Part shown: positions 1-10,298 of the stretch, piece after piece
Numbering within the stretch: the stretch's first letter is position 1
Layout: each line of letters starts with the position of its first letter
NCBI GenBank assembly: GCA_934757865.1
Contig: CAKVLS010000003.1
Coordinates: 67,180 to 131,179, forward strand
DNA: 64,000 nt
From: an uncultured Clostridia bacterium
GTDB lineage: Bacteria; Bacillota; Clostridia; Christensenellales; UBA1242
Direction of reading: 5' to 3'
Position numbers and translations under genes: made by a program
Notes under the pieces: generated by a model
Seen by the model: only the letters and a program-made list of their open reading frames with translations
Database searches by the model: none
Told to the model about the DNA's origin: nothing

Positions 1-987
1 CAACTTTTGCGTGCGGAGTCGGCAGGACCTAATGTAAGCAAAATAACCTCTAAACTAAGCACAACCGCTCGTATACTATATGGTATATACTTTGGTCTTA
101 CATTGCTTGAATTTATCATCTTGCTTATAGGTGGTGTTGGCTGGTTTGATGCTAGTACGCTTGCATTCTCAACTGCTGGTACAGGAGGCTTTTCTCCGAC
201 AAATGCAAGTATAGCAAGCTATAATAGTTTATTTGTTGAGATAGTCATAACAGTGTTTATGTTTATCTTTTCAATTAACTTTTCTGTATACTTTTTAATC
301 TTGATAGGCAAAGGGCTAACCGCTATCAAAAACGAAGAATTATGGACTTTTGTAGGCATATTTTTCTTGTCTATAATTCTTATCAGCCTTAATATATCTG
401 GTACAGTTGGTGGATTTTGGAATGCTCTAAGATATGCATCTTTTGAGGTTTCGTCCGCAGCATCAGCGACAGGTTTTGCGGTGGCTGACTATAATACATG
501 GCCAGCATTTTCTCAAACATTACTTATTATACTTATGATGATAGGCGGTTGCGCGGGGTCTACTGCCGGCGGTCTAAAAGTCGCAAGACTTGTTGGACTA
601 ACAAAAAGTGGCTATGTAAAGACACGCCAAGTGCTTAACCCAAGAAAAATGTACTCGGTAAAGATAGATGGCAAACCTCAAGACGAGAGTTATATAAATA
701 GCATATTCTTCTATTTTGCTATTTACACGGCGATACTTTTTGTATTTACTATACTTGTATCGCTAGATAAAAAAATGGACTTTGCATCAAGTTTTTCAGC
801 ATGCGTTGCGACATTTAATAACGCTGGCCCCGGTATTGGTGTAGTAGGACCTATGAATAACTATGGGGCGCTAGGTGTTGGCACTAAACTTGCATTGTCT
901 GGGCTAATGCTAACCGGAAGACTTGAGATTTTCCCTATCATAATATTATTCTTGCCATCGACCTGGAGAAGAGTAAATAATGGATAA
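1..987 (+). CDS. TrkH/KtrB-family potassium uptake membrane subunit (5' truncated by window edge)
   Basis: The ORF is open from base 1 in frame 1. It is polytopic, with a GGCAGSTAGGLKV pore-loop-type motif and a C-terminal pattern typical of TrkH/KtrB. Confidence 0.8.
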   Translation, partial: QLLRAESAGPNVSKITSKLSTTARILYGIYFGLTLLEFIILLIGGVGWFDASTLAFSTAGTGGFSPTNASIASYNSLFVEIVITVFMFIFSINFSVYFLILIGKGLTAIKNEELWTFVGIFFLSIILISLNISGTVGGFWNALRYASFEVSSAASATGFAVADYNTWPAFSQTLLIILMMIGGCAGSTAGGLKVARLVGLTKSGYVKTRQVLNPRKMYSVKIDGKPQDESYINSIFFYFAIYTAILFVFTILVSLDKKMDFASSFSACVATFNNAGPGIGVVGPMNNYGALGVGTKLALSGLMLTGRLEIFPIIILFLPSTWRRVNNG

Positions 988-1693
988 ATTATTTTTGGAC
1001 GGCATTTATAACCAAACAACTTTGGATAATATTTTGAAAAAGTTAGGCGATCCCAAAAAAGCTCCTTTTACCCAAAACATAGTAAGGACTAATCTCACAG
1101 TCCTTGCGGTAAAAAGTCAAGGTATAAAAGATGTAGTCAAGTCAATCTCGATAGACTCGTATATAAATTTGCTAGACAATATGACTTTTAATTATTACGA
1201 AGACACTTTGGTATACGCAGGAGTTATGAGTAAGCTAAAAGACTTTGGGACTCTAAAAAAGTACCTAGACAATTATGTAGCGGCTGTTGATTGCTGGGCG
1301 AGTGTAGACACTATGAAGTTTAGTCTAAAATCTTCAAGCGACAAAGAAAAATTATTATCTCTAGCCACGCATTATACTAAGAGCGTTAAGCCTTATGTCC
1401 GTAGGAGCGGATATAAGATAATGTTTGACTATATTAGCTCATCTATTGATACAATCTTTGCTTGCATTAAAGACTCATACAGCGAGCAAGAATATTATGT
1501 CAATATGATTATAGCTTGGCTACTATGTGAGTGCTTTGTAAAAAATAGAGATAAGACGCTAGCTTTTGTAGAGAGTGCAGAGCTCAATGACTTTGTCCTA
1601 AGAAAGTTTGTATCTAAGTGTCACGACAGCTATAGAGTGACAGCTGAAGACAAAGAACTTTTGACCGCTCTAAAAAACTCAAAATTAAATTAA
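980..1693 (+). CDS. DNA alkylation repair protein-like (AlkD/AlkC-type HEAT repeat)
   Basis: 237 aa. The motifs DCWASVD, YVRRSGYKIMF and AWLLCECFVKN parallel the SWWDSVD, WLQRAAILFQL and GWVLREYAKTN blocks of AlkD. The start overlaps the upstream stop (ATGGATAA). Confidence 0.55.
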   Translation: MDKLFLDGIYNQTTLDNILKKLGDPKKAPFTQNIVRTNLTVLAVKSQGIKDVVKSISIDSYINLLDNMTFNYYEDTLVYAGVMSKLKDFGTLKKYLDNYVAAVDCWASVDTMKFSLKSSSDKEKLLSLATHYTKSVKPYVRRSGYKIMFDYISSSIDTIFACIKDSYSEQEYYVNMIIAWLLCECFVKNRDKTLAFVESAELNDFVLRKFVSKCHDSYRVTAEDKELLTALKNSKLN

Positions 1694-1828
1694 AAGATTA
1701 ACACCTTGAGACAGTATTCCAAGGTGTTTTTTATTGTCGCCAAGCCTCTAAAATATGGGAAAACCCACTCAAAAAGAAGGAAAAACCTCCTCAAAAATGG
1801 TCAAATAACAAAAATATTGCTAAAACTA

Positions 1829-1858
1829 TTGACAACTTCGCCGGCTGTATCTTATACT
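1829..1858 (+). promoter_or_regulatory. sigma-70-like promoter (TTGACA-18-TATACT)
   Basis: Perfect -35 hexamer, 18-nt spacer and a 5/6 -10 hexamer, lying in an otherwise gene-free region. Confidence 0.5.
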
Positions 1859-1883
1859 ATAAGTGTTTTAGGGAGGAAAACAA

Positions 1884-1952
1884 ATGAAAGATAGTGTAAC
1901 TTATCACTGGAATTCAATATCAGTCCTTTCATTTGTGCAAAACAAAGCTTAG
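1884..1952 (+). CDS. candidate 22-aa small ORF (MKDSVTYHWNSISVLSFVQNKA)
   Basis: GGGAGG sits 7 nt upstream of the ATG, directly downstream of the promoter at 1829-1858. No family was recognised. Confidence 0.3.
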   Translation: MKDSVTYHWNSISVLSFVQNKA

Positions 1953-2146
1953 TGACAGCAACGCTTTTAGTCTAGCACATTGTATGGATATGAGCTAGAT
2001 TTTATTAAGCTTTCAAGTAAGACCCTTGATAAATATTTTGAATATTTAGTTGCATTTGGTATATGCAAAAGTAAAAATAATAAAATATGCGAACTAGTTT
2101 ATGACTGATAAAGAATCTACTTATCGCAAAAAGTAACAATCAAAAA

Positions 2147-2179
2147 AGAGAAATCAATTATATGATTTCTCTTTTTTTC
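2147..2179 (+). terminator. intrinsic terminator (bidirectional-type)
   Basis: AGAGAAATCA / TGATTTCTCT forms a 10-bp stem with a 6-nt loop. It is preceded by an A-run and followed by a T-run. Confidence 0.6.
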
Positions 2180-2418
2180 TTTTATTATCATTCGTGATTA
2201 TTTTATCTTATCTTTTTTTGACTTCTCTGGGCGGTTATTATTTTACTTAATAATTTATGCTAATAATTTTTGTTATTAACTATCACTAACTTTTTGATTT
2301 TCTATCTATTATTGCTTTTTATATTTTTCTTTTTTGTATATTTATTATTGCATTTTCGCAACTCAAAAAACTCAATAAACAAAAGTCCAAAACAAAAAAA
2401 GTTTTATATCAATAAGGA

Positions 2419-3186
2419 TTAGATAATGTCTTTTTTCTTAAAGCCCAATCTATTAGCAAATGTATTGTTTGTGGTAACAAAAGTTACTTTTTCGCCGTCA
2501 ATCATTTGTTGATATACTGTAGCGCCGGCTTCTTGGCAGATGATTATACCTGGTAGCAAGTCCCAAGGATTAGAGCATGCTAAGATATATGTACCTACTT
2601 GTGAGCAAGCAACCGAATAAAATCCAAAGCACCCAACACCAAAAGAGCGTATACGCAAAGTATACTTTTCGATAGTCTTTTCATTTTCGAAGAAAAATTT
2701 ATTTATATCTTTTGAGTAGTCAACTGCTACGAGTTGTGGCTTGTTGTTATCTATATTTATAGCTAGCTTTAAGCCATTTTTGTATGCGCCATGGCCTTTG
2801 GCTGCGTACAAAATATCATCATATTCTGGCATATATATGATACCGAACTTAGTATCTCCGTCAATGCTAAAAGATACTTGTATGCCCCATAATCTGCTGC
2901 CGTTAGCAAAGTTGATAGTTCCGTCTATTGGGTCTACTGTCCAAGTTCTGCCCTTTGGAGCAACTTTCGGGTTGTTTTCTTCACTTATAATAGTGTCGTT
3001 AGGGTAGTTATCTCTCAATATCCCTAGCAAAAATGCCTCGCTAGCGATATCTAGGTTAGTAACTAGGTCACGGCTACCTTTGTCTTTTACATTTACTTTT
3101 GAGCCTTTGATTATCTTTTTATAAACGGTTTTTACAGCGTTGCACATAAGAGTAAGCTCTTTGTCAAATTCAAAATTTTTTACCAT
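2419..3186 (-). CDS. inositol monophosphatase family protein (SuhB-like)
   Basis: Carries the WTVDPIDGTINF motif and an EE metal site. The start was moved to the ATG at 3186, which is preceded by AGAGG. Confidence 0.85.
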   Translation of the reverse strand: MVKNFEFDKELTLMCNAVKTVYKKIIKGSKVNVKDKGSRDLVTNLDIASEAFLLGILRDNYPNDTIISEENNPKVAPKGRTWTVDPIDGTINFANGSRLWGIQVSFSIDGDTKFGIIYMPEYDDILYAAKGHGAYKNGLKLAINIDNNKPQLVAVDYSKDINKFFFENEKTIEKYTLRIRSFGVGCFGFYSVACSQVGTYILACSNPWDLLPGIIICQEAGATVYQQMIDGEKVTFVTTNNTFANRLGFKKKDII

Positions 3187-3381
3187 TTGTATTACCTCTT
3201 TTGTAGTATAGTATAAAACTAAAAATAACACAAATAAAAAACAAATTTTGCATATAGGTAAAATATAGCATTTAATGTTTCATAAACATACGCTCATTTT
3301 TTAGGAGTGTAATAAAATAATAGTATTTAGTAGCGGGCAAAAAACATTTTGTGTTATAATAAATTTACTTAAGGAGAGATT

Positions 3382-4311
3382 ATGTTACAAAAGTTGGGGC
3401 TAAAAGCTAACAGATTTGACTTGCATTGCCATACGCCTTTTTCGGACGGCACAAAAGAAGTTATTGACCTTTTGATTGACGCCCAAAAAGCTGGGCTTGA
3501 AGTAATAAGTTTTACCGACCACGACACACTTAGAGTATATGACTACCTTAGCGACATTAACCCTAAAAACTGGTACAGCGGCAAGATAATTAATGGTGTC
3601 GAGATAACCGTTGATGTTGACGGCGAAAGATTAGAAGTTTTGGCTTACAACTTTGATTTAGAAAAACTTAAAAAATACAAATATTTCCAAAGAGCCTACG
3701 ACCAAAAAGTTGTAAACAAACAAATAAAAAAGCTTGCCAAAAAGGCAAAAAAAATGGGCTTTGTTTGTGAACCTGTTATAAAGAATACCGGAAGGCCGAG
3801 TATTTGGCGTCCTATATATGACGGCATTATGGCTAATGAAAAACAAAATGCCGAGCTTATCAAAAAGTATGGGATAACAGACCCCAAACACTTTTCGAGA
3901 GTGTTATTTAGTACTAAGGGGCAGCCTTTTTATATGAAGGCAAGTTATGCGCCTAGTATTAAGAAGATATATAAGGTCGTTCATAAATGTGGAGGCTTGT
4001 GTATTTTTGCCCACCCATATAACTATGGCAAAAAGGATATAGATTATCTTCTTGACAAATTTAGAACAGAGAAGGTTATAGACGGCATAGAGTGTGGGCA
4101 TTCTTCTCACTCAAATAGAGAAATTGAACATTTAGTCAGGTATTGCGATGAGTATGGGCTTTTGAAGACGGCGGGTAGCGATTTTCATGGGGGTGAGAGA
4201 TATTATGAAAATGGCTTTATTAACTTTGCTTTTGGTTACTTAGGAGCAAAAGGCGAGCCAAGACCAATCACTGCCAAAATGCTAGGGTACAAATTTGAAA
4301 ACACTAAGTAA
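3382..4311 (+). CDS. PHP-domain metal-dependent phosphoesterase
   Basis: N-terminal DLHCHTPFSDG and later FTDHD and AHP motifs match the PHP fold. RBS GGAGAG; extended -10 TGTTATAAT upstream. Confidence 0.8.
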   Translation: MLQKLGLKANRFDLHCHTPFSDGTKEVIDLLIDAQKAGLEVISFTDHDTLRVYDYLSDINPKNWYSGKIINGVEITVDVDGERLEVLAYNFDLEKLKKYKYFQRAYDQKVVNKQIKKLAKKAKKMGFVCEPVIKNTGRPSIWRPIYDGIMANEKQNAELIKKYGITDPKHFSRVLFSTKGQPFYMKASYAPSIKKIYKVVHKCGGLCIFAHPYNYGKKDIDYLLDKFRTEKVIDGIECGHSSHSNREIEHLVRYCDEYGLLKTAGSDFHGGERYYENGFINFAFGYLGAKGEPRPITAKMLGYKFENTK

Positions 4312-4366
4312 GCACTATATTTGACTAATTATATGTTTTTTGTTAAAATAAAAGTTAGGAGACATT

Positions 4367-5182
4367 ATGAATAAATTTTTAGAAAGATTCTGGGGTTATG
4401 CCGAAGTCATCAACCCTGTAAAATATTCTTTCACCTGGAGACACCTTATCATATTCTTTTCGGTTATGGCTTTTGTGGTTTTCTTTAGTATGTACTACTG
4501 TCGCAAGAGCGAAAAGCGTCAAAAGATTTTTATGATAATATCATGTGTTATACTTATAGCTCTAGAAGTAGTCCGCATGATTTGGAACCAAAACAAACTT
4601 AAAGGACTAGGAAGGTCACTAACTTTTTGGAACATCGCAAATTTAGACCTTTTCCATGTTACACTTTGGGTAGGCGTAATATTTATGTTACTAGCCATAG
4701 CTTTTGGACACAAAAAAGCTATTTGCCAGTTTATGCTAAACTTTATGTTTTCAGTTACAGCGGTTGTCGCTATTATTGATATCATATACCCAGTTTTTCT
4801 AGACCAAAGTCACTACTTTATGTACAACTTTGCTAACTTAGAGTTTGTTATCAGCAGAAGCGTAGTTATTTTACTTGCTATGTTTATAGGTGCGAGCGAT
4901 TGGCTTGCCAACTCTATAGATGATATGTGGATGGCTATTGTTTCACTTATTGTTGTGTTTGCAGTAGGTACTGGTGTTTACTACCTAAGCAACCAAGTCG
5001 TAGATATTATCTATATTACAGGTTGCCCTTGGATAGAGATGGTTGGTATACATATTGCAAGCCCATGGCATCTATGTGTTGTGGCACTATTCTTCTTTGC
5101 ATTCCAGATACTTATGTATTTACCTTTTGATATATACAGAAAAGTTCATGGCATTGATATTGTAGATTATAGAAAGAAATAA
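4367..5182 (+). CDS. polytopic membrane protein, function unknown
   Basis: 271 aa with about 7 hydrophobic helices. RBS AGGAGA. Confidence 0.6.
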   Translation: MNKFLERFWGYAEVINPVKYSFTWRHLIIFFSVMAFVVFFSMYYCRKSEKRQKIFMIISCVILIALEVVRMIWNQNKLKGLGRSLTFWNIANLDLFHVTLWVGVIFMLLAIAFGHKKAICQFMLNFMFSVTAVVAIIDIIYPVFLDQSHYFMYNFANLEFVISRSVVILLAMFIGASDWLANSIDDMWMAIVSLIVVFAVGTGVYYLSNQVVDIIYITGCPWIEMVGIHIASPWHLCVVALFFFAFQILMYLPFDIYRKVHGIDIVDYRKK

Positions 5183-5186
5183 AAAT

Positions 5187-5222
5187 AAAGCATCAAGTTT
5201 TTCGCTTGGTGCTTTTTTATTT
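5187..5222. terminator. bidirectional intrinsic terminator between convergent genes
   Basis: AAAGCATCAAG / CTTGGTGCTTT stem flanked by an A-run and a T-run. Confidence 0.6.
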
Positions 5223-5227
5223 TTTTA

Positions 5228-6463
5228 TTAGTACATACGGTTATTTTGAAGATAATCAACTATTAGTTTACGGTTGCTTTCTTCTATTGCAGGTAGTGAG
5301 TAAACAGCTACGCTATGTATGCCTGCACATACCCATATAGCTATAGGTAGAGCTAGTATTCCAAACATACCAACTACAAAACCTGGGATTCTAGCAAACG
5401 AGTAGCCTAAGCTTCTTGCATATAGGCCTTCGTTAGATATGCCGAGTATACGGGTCTTAGCGAGTAAGCATTGATATTGATATGAGCTGATAGGTCCATA
5501 GAAAAATCCCATAACAGCAAATAGCCCAATAGCAACTGGTACACAGTTATACATAACGGTAAAAGGTAACGCTACGACTACAAATACGACCATACAAGAG
5601 CAAAGTCTGCATAGGTTTGTTGGGTCGTGTTTTGCAGAGTATTTCTCGGCGAAGATACTGCCAATACCATACAAGAACCACATAGACGCCTGCATATAAC
5701 CTGCTAGGCTGTATGCGTTAGGATTTTTTGCGAATAAGAAAATCATAAACATTGTAGTAACTTCGTCAGTCGATGATGTTACGAAATAGTTAAGAAAAAT
5801 GTTGAAAAGAACTTTTTTCTTAATTTGTTTTTCTTGCATAACTTTTACTTTGTTACTCTTAAAAGAACTTACTGCGTTAGATACAGCGTCTTTGTTAAAT
5901 AGCGGATTTTTCTTTTCTTTTACGAAATAAATAACAAGAGGGATAATAGAAATCAAATAGCTGACGATAGCAATAATGATAGGTATAATCTTGCCAAGCT
6001 TTTCGATGAACAAACCACCCATAACGATAGCTATTAGTAGTCCTACTTGCTCAAACATACGAGAAAGTCCAAGGCCTTTTGAAGAAGATTCCTCAGCTCC
6101 GTTCATACTACTGTAGTTAAAGATAATCTCCATAGGTAGTTCTTTGAAACTAATTGACATAGCATAAAAAATACCGACAAGGATAACACCAACTACTAGG
6201 TTGTAGTCTAGCAAAATAATGCACAAGCTGTATATAAGCACTGGAAATACTCTAAGTAGCAGCATTATTTGAGGGTACTTTTTGAAAAGCGGAAAGAAGC
6301 AAACATTAAATATAATTCTCATCATAAGCTCAGCTAGGACATACACAAATGTAAGAACTAAGTTGCCAGTTGCTTGGAATATAATAAGTGGAACGAACGC
6401 ACCAACTATATTTGTCGCAAACTGCGAAATTACTTTATAAAAATTAAGATATTTGAGTTGCAT
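5228..6463 (-). CDS. MFS-type transporter
   Basis: 411 aa with about 12 TM segments split by a central basic loop (KEKKNPLFNKD...KKK). Confidence 0.65.
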   Translation of the reverse strand: MQLKYLNFYKVISQFATNIVGAFVPLIIFQATGNLVLTFVYVLAELMMRIIFNVCFFPLFKKYPQIMLLLRVFPVLIYSLCIILLDYNLVVGVILVGIFYAMSISFKELPMEIIFNYSSMNGAEESSSKGLGLSRMFEQVGLLIAIVMGGLFIEKLGKIIPIIIAIVSYLISIIPLVIYFVKEKKNPLFNKDAVSNAVSSFKSNKVKVMQEKQIKKKVLFNIFLNYFVTSSTDEVTTMFMIFLFAKNPNAYSLAGYMQASMWFLYGIGSIFAEKYSAKHDPTNLCRLCSCMVVFVVVALPFTVMYNCVPVAIGLFAVMGFFYGPISSYQYQCLLAKTRILGISNEGLYARSLGYSFARIPGFVVGMFGILALPIAIWVCAGIHSVAVYSLPAIEESNRKLIVDYLQNNRMY

Positions 6464-6571
6464 GAAGTTTTTGGTCCTTTATAAATATTTACATTACAAA
6501 TATACCAAAAAACTAATAAAAAACCAAACAAAATGGTTGAAAACTTAATTTTAGTTTTTTATAATATAGAT

Positions 6572-7135
6572 ATGAAAAAAATATTATTACATAGTTGTTG
6601 TGGCCCATGTAGCACAACCGCCATAACTAGGCTGTCAAAAGACTACGATGTGACAGTATATTATTATAATCCTAATATATACCCAAATGATGAATTTATC
6701 AAAAGACAAGAAACTCAAAAGCAGTTTTTGAGAGAGTATAACCCACATATAGAACTTATAGAAGGCGAGTGGGAAAACGACCTATACGAAACAAATATCA
6801 AAGGCCTCGAAAAATGCAAAGAGGGCGGAGAAAGATGCTCTAAGTGTTTTTATATAAGACTTTATAAGACGGCTCTTCTTGCCAAAAAGCTCGGCTATGA
6901 TATGTTTGCTACGACTTTGACCGTTAGCCCTCACAAGAATAGCAAAGTCATCAACGCTATAGGCGAGACTATCTCTCAAGAGGTGGGCATTGAATATTTG
7001 CCAAGCGACTTCAAAAAGCAAGATGGATACCTAGAGAGTATCAAACTTTCAAAAGAGTATGGACTATATAGACAGAACTATTGTGGCTGTAAGTATTCTA
7101 TGTGGTGGCTAGAAGGAAATCAAGACAATAAGTAA
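6572..7135 (+). CDS. queH: epoxyqueuosine reductase QueH (DUF208)
   Basis: N-terminal LHSCCGPCS and C-terminal YCGCKYS cysteine motifs are characteristic of QueH. The start was set at MKKILLHSCC. Confidence 0.85.
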   Translation: MKKILLHSCCGPCSTTAITRLSKDYDVTVYYYNPNIYPNDEFIKRQETQKQFLREYNPHIELIEGEWENDLYETNIKGLEKCKEGGERCSKCFYIRLYKTALLAKKLGYDMFATTLTVSPHKNSKVINAIGETISQEVGIEYLPSDFKKQDGYLESIKLSKEYGLYRQNYCGCKYSMWWLEGNQDNK

Positions 7136-7240
7136 ATGAGATTGTTTATATCTTATATATAACTTATTTGTTTTGGGGACTTCTGATTAGGTCTTTAGAG
7201 AATTAGTCAATTACTTAGAATTTAATACCATGAGGTTAAC

Positions 7241-7281
7241 AAAAAAAAGATTGCACGGTTGTTTTGTGCAATCTTTTTTTA
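7241..7281. terminator. bidirectional intrinsic terminator
   Basis: AAGATTGCAC / GTGCAATCTT forms a 10-bp stem between an A8 run and a T7 run, between convergent queH and the ATPase gene. Confidence 0.7.
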
Positions 7282-7291
7282 TTTACTTTTA

Positions 7292-9952
7292 TTACTCAAT
7301 CAAGTTTTCTTTACGAGCTTCTTTTCTCTCTAGCTCTTCTTTTGTAAGCTCAGGTTTTTGATAATCGATATCGTCATCGTCATTTTTATCTTTGCCCTCG
7401 CCCTTTATTTTACGAAGTATTTCGTCTTTGTTGTAGTACAAGTGGTTGCATAGAGCAATCATTGAAGAGTACAAGTGATAACTAATAAGTGTTAGGATAA
7501 CTAGGTAGAATATTGAGTGTAGTTGCATTGGCTCGTATGCAAAGAATCCGTCTGGCACAAATGATAGGACAGCTATAAATGCTGCTGCCATACAACACAA
7601 AAGTACAATTTTGTAGTTGTCAAGAGGTTTACAAATACGGAATAATATTACGAAACCTGTAAGAGTAAGTGCAAGAGAACTCATAGTTGATAGCTCAGTG
7701 TTAATGTCTATAAATAGACCTAATACATAAACAAGCATTACATTGATAAATAGTGTTAGAGCTGCCGGAAGTGATGTAAGTACCAACTTTGCCATAAATG
7801 TTCCTCGTATAGGTGTGTTGTTAGGCTGCAATGCTAAGAAGAACGATGGAATACCTATAACTAAAGTTTCAAGTAAAAGTGTTTGGTTGGTGTTAGCAAT
7901 GATATAGTCTTTACGAATAATCAAACAGAAGATAGTCATGAATATTGTAAAGAAAGTTTTCATTAGGAATAGTGATGAAGATTTTGAAATGTTGTTAACA
8001 ACTCTTCTGCCTTCTGCTATTACATTAGGCATTGATGAAAAGTTACTATCTAGCATTACTATGTTGGCTACGTTTCTTGCTGCCTCAGAACCTGATGCCA
8101 TAGCTATTGAGCAGTCAGCTTCTTTTAGGGCTAGGATATCGTTGACACCATCGCCTGTCATGGCTACTTTTTTGCCTTTTTTACGAAGGGCTCTTACTAG
8201 CCACTTCTTTTGGTCTGGGCTTACACGGCCAAAGACTGTGTATTTGTTAACGATAGAAGGTATATCTTCGTTGTTGATGCCTTCCATACTGATATATTTA
8301 TCAGCACCAATAACTCCTACACGCTTGCTTATCTCGCTAACGGTTACTGGGTTATCACCAGATATAATTTTGATCTCAACGCCGTTGTCGTTAAACCATT
8401 TGATTGTTTCTTCGGCGTCTTTTCTTATATTGTCCTCTATTACGATAAATGCAATAGGAGTAACATCTTTTGGAGTTTTGTCCTTTTCGATAGGGGTCTT
8501 GCTCTCAGCTACTAGTAGTACACGGTAGCCTTTTTGAAGATAAGAATAAATATCTTTTTGAAGTTCTTTATCAATCTTCTTAGTTACCATCTCTGGAGCG
8601 CCCATAACATAGGTCATTTTGTTTTTGAAAGTTACAGCACTTGTTTTTCTGCTGCTATCAAACTCAAGTACTATCTCTGGAGAATATGTTGTGTTAGGTG
8701 TGAAGTAGTTGAATAACGCTCTTGATGTTTGGTTGTTTCCGCCAAAAGCAGAAAGCATGCTTCCCATAACTTCTTTTACATAATCTTTTGACTTGCCGTT
8801 AAGTTCTTTAACAACTTTGACAGTCATAGAGCCATCAGTGATTGTTCCGGTCTTGTCTAGACAAAGTACATCTGTACGAGCTAGCATCTCAATACCGTAT
8901 AGGTCTTGAACTAGTGTTCTTTTCTTAGCTAGTTTGATAACGCCCGCAGCTAGCGCTACGCTTGTTAGTAGGAACATGCCCGCAGGTATCATACCGATAA
9001 CAGAAGCGGCGGTCTTGTTAATTGTCTCTACTAAGTCGTTGCCAGTAGCTAGCCAGTTGTTTTTGAAAGTAAAATATGCAAGAGGAATAATAAGTACGCC
9101 GATAGATGCAATTATTGTTCTTAGGGCTTTTACTAGGTCGCTCTTTGGAGCTTTGAAAGTCTTGGCCTTTTGAGCAAGTTTAGCAGAGTAGCAGTCGATG
9201 CCGACTTTTTCAACTCTAGCTACGCATTTGCCAGCTGTGATATAGCTGCCTGCATATAGTATGTCGCCAACTTTTTTCTTAACAGCCTCGCTCTCACCAG
9301 TTATCAAACTCTCGTTAACTGAAACATTTCCGTCAAGGACTATGCAGTCAACGCAAATTTGTTTGCCAAGGTCAAGGTTGATTATATCATCAAGTACAAC
9401 TTCTGTTGTTGGTACTTGTACCGTTTCGCCATTTCTTACGACCTCTGCGAGAGGAGCTGTGACAAGGGTTATTTTTTCGACTGTGATTTTTGCTTTTATC
9501 TCTTGAATGATACCAATAAGTAGGTTGGCAAGGATGATAGCAAAGAATCCTAAGTTTTTCCATTGCCCTACGGCTATAAGCGCTGCAACAACTACAAAAC
9601 ATAAAAGGTTAAAGAATGTAAATACATTGCCAAGAATTATTGAAGCATAAGATTTTGTAGTTTTAACTTTTGTATCGTTGGTCAAACCTTGCTGTTGTCT
9701 TAGGTCAATCTGTGTATCATTAAGTCCTGTCTTAGTAGCTACATGGAATCTCTCAACCTTTGCTCTAGCTTCGCCTTTTAGCGGTCTAATCTTTTTACCA
9801 GTTAGCGTACGCTTTGGGTTAGGTCTTTTTGCGACAATCTTTGTCTTTTCTACTTGCTCTGCGGTCAAGGTCTTAATTTTTTTTGCCTTGGTTGCAGGTT
9901 CAGTGTTGATTAGCTGATTTTCGCTATTTAGTTTAGTGTTATTCTTTTTCAC
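7292..9952 (-). CDS. cation-translocating P-type ATPase (HAD-IC) with basic N-terminal extension
   Basis: Carries CLDKTGTIT (phosphorylation site), TGES, MTGDGVNDILALKEAD and about 10 TM segments. Probable GTG start with AAGGAAAAG upstream. Confidence 0.9.
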   Translation of the reverse strand: MKKNNTKLNSENQLINTEPATKAKKIKTLTAEQVEKTKIVAKRPNPKRTLTGKKIRPLKGEARAKVERFHVATKTGLNDTQIDLRQQQGLTNDTKVKTTKSYASIILGNVFTFFNLLCFVVVAALIAVGQWKNLGFFAIILANLLIGIIQEIKAKITVEKITLVTAPLAEVVRNGETVQVPTTEVVLDDIINLDLGKQICVDCIVLDGNVSVNESLITGESEAVKKKVGDILYAGSYITAGKCVARVEKVGIDCYSAKLAQKAKTFKAPKSDLVKALRTIIASIGVLIIPLAYFTFKNNWLATGNDLVETINKTAASVIGMIPAGMFLLTSVALAAGVIKLAKKRTLVQDLYGIEMLARTDVLCLDKTGTITDGSMTVKVVKELNGKSKDYVKEVMGSMLSAFGGNNQTSRALFNYFTPNTTYSPEIVLEFDSSRKTSAVTFKNKMTYVMGAPEMVTKKIDKELQKDIYSYLQKGYRVLLVAESKTPIEKDKTPKDVTPIAFIVIEDNIRKDAEETIKWFNDNGVEIKIISGDNPVTVSEISKRVGVIGADKYISMEGINNEDIPSIVNKYTVFGRVSPDQKKWLVRALRKKGKKVAMTGDGVNDILALKEADCSIAMASGSEAARNVANIVMLDSNFSSMPNVIAEGRRVVNNISKSSSLFLMKTFFTIFMTIFCLIIRKDYIIANTNQTLLLETLVIGIPSFFLALQPNNTPIRGTFMAKLVLTSLPAALTLFINVMLVYVLGLFIDINTELSTMSSLALTLTGFVILFRICKPLDNYKIVLLCCMAAAFIAVLSFVPDGFFAYEPMQLHSIFYLVILTLISYHLYSSMIALCNHLYYNKDEILRKIKGEGKDKNDDDDIDYQKPELTKEELERKEARKENLIE

Positions 9953-10298
9953 TGTTCGCTTTTCCTTTTTTCAAGCTTGTTTATTTCATTTTTGGCAAAA
10001 GAGCGCCAAAAAAGTAGATAGTAATTTAGCATATTTAATTATATCAAAATATTTAGGATATAACAACTAAATAATAAATATTACTATATATATGTTCTAT
10101 TTTATCATTATAATAGCAAGATTTTTTTTGTCAAATATTTTTTTTATAAGAGGAGCATTTTAATATATTTTGCGTTTATAAATCAATTATTATTTTGTTG
10201 CAGTGGGGACAAATATAAACAGTAAATATTAAATCAAAAATATTGCCAAAAATTAGTTGCTTAAAAATTTTATATGTGTTAGTCTATTGGTATCAATG

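Noticed and set aside
1706-1894. 62-aa ORF after the alkylation-repair gene
   Set aside because: It has a basic, low-complexity translation and no RBS. It spans the promoter and RBS that serve the 22-codon ORF.
6464-6571. preQ1 riboswitch upstream of queH, suggested by the A-rich tail aaaaaactaa
   Set aside because: The only stem that could serve as P1 (TTGGT...ACCAA) encloses about 30 nt, far larger than preQ1-I loops. The conserved loop residues are missing. The region also has to hold two divergent promoters.
7938-9917. Several plus-strand ORFs of 60-196 aa inside the ATPase gene
   Set aside because: They are antisense shadow ORFs of a well-supported 886-aa gene, with low-complexity Ser/Leu/Thr-rich translations.
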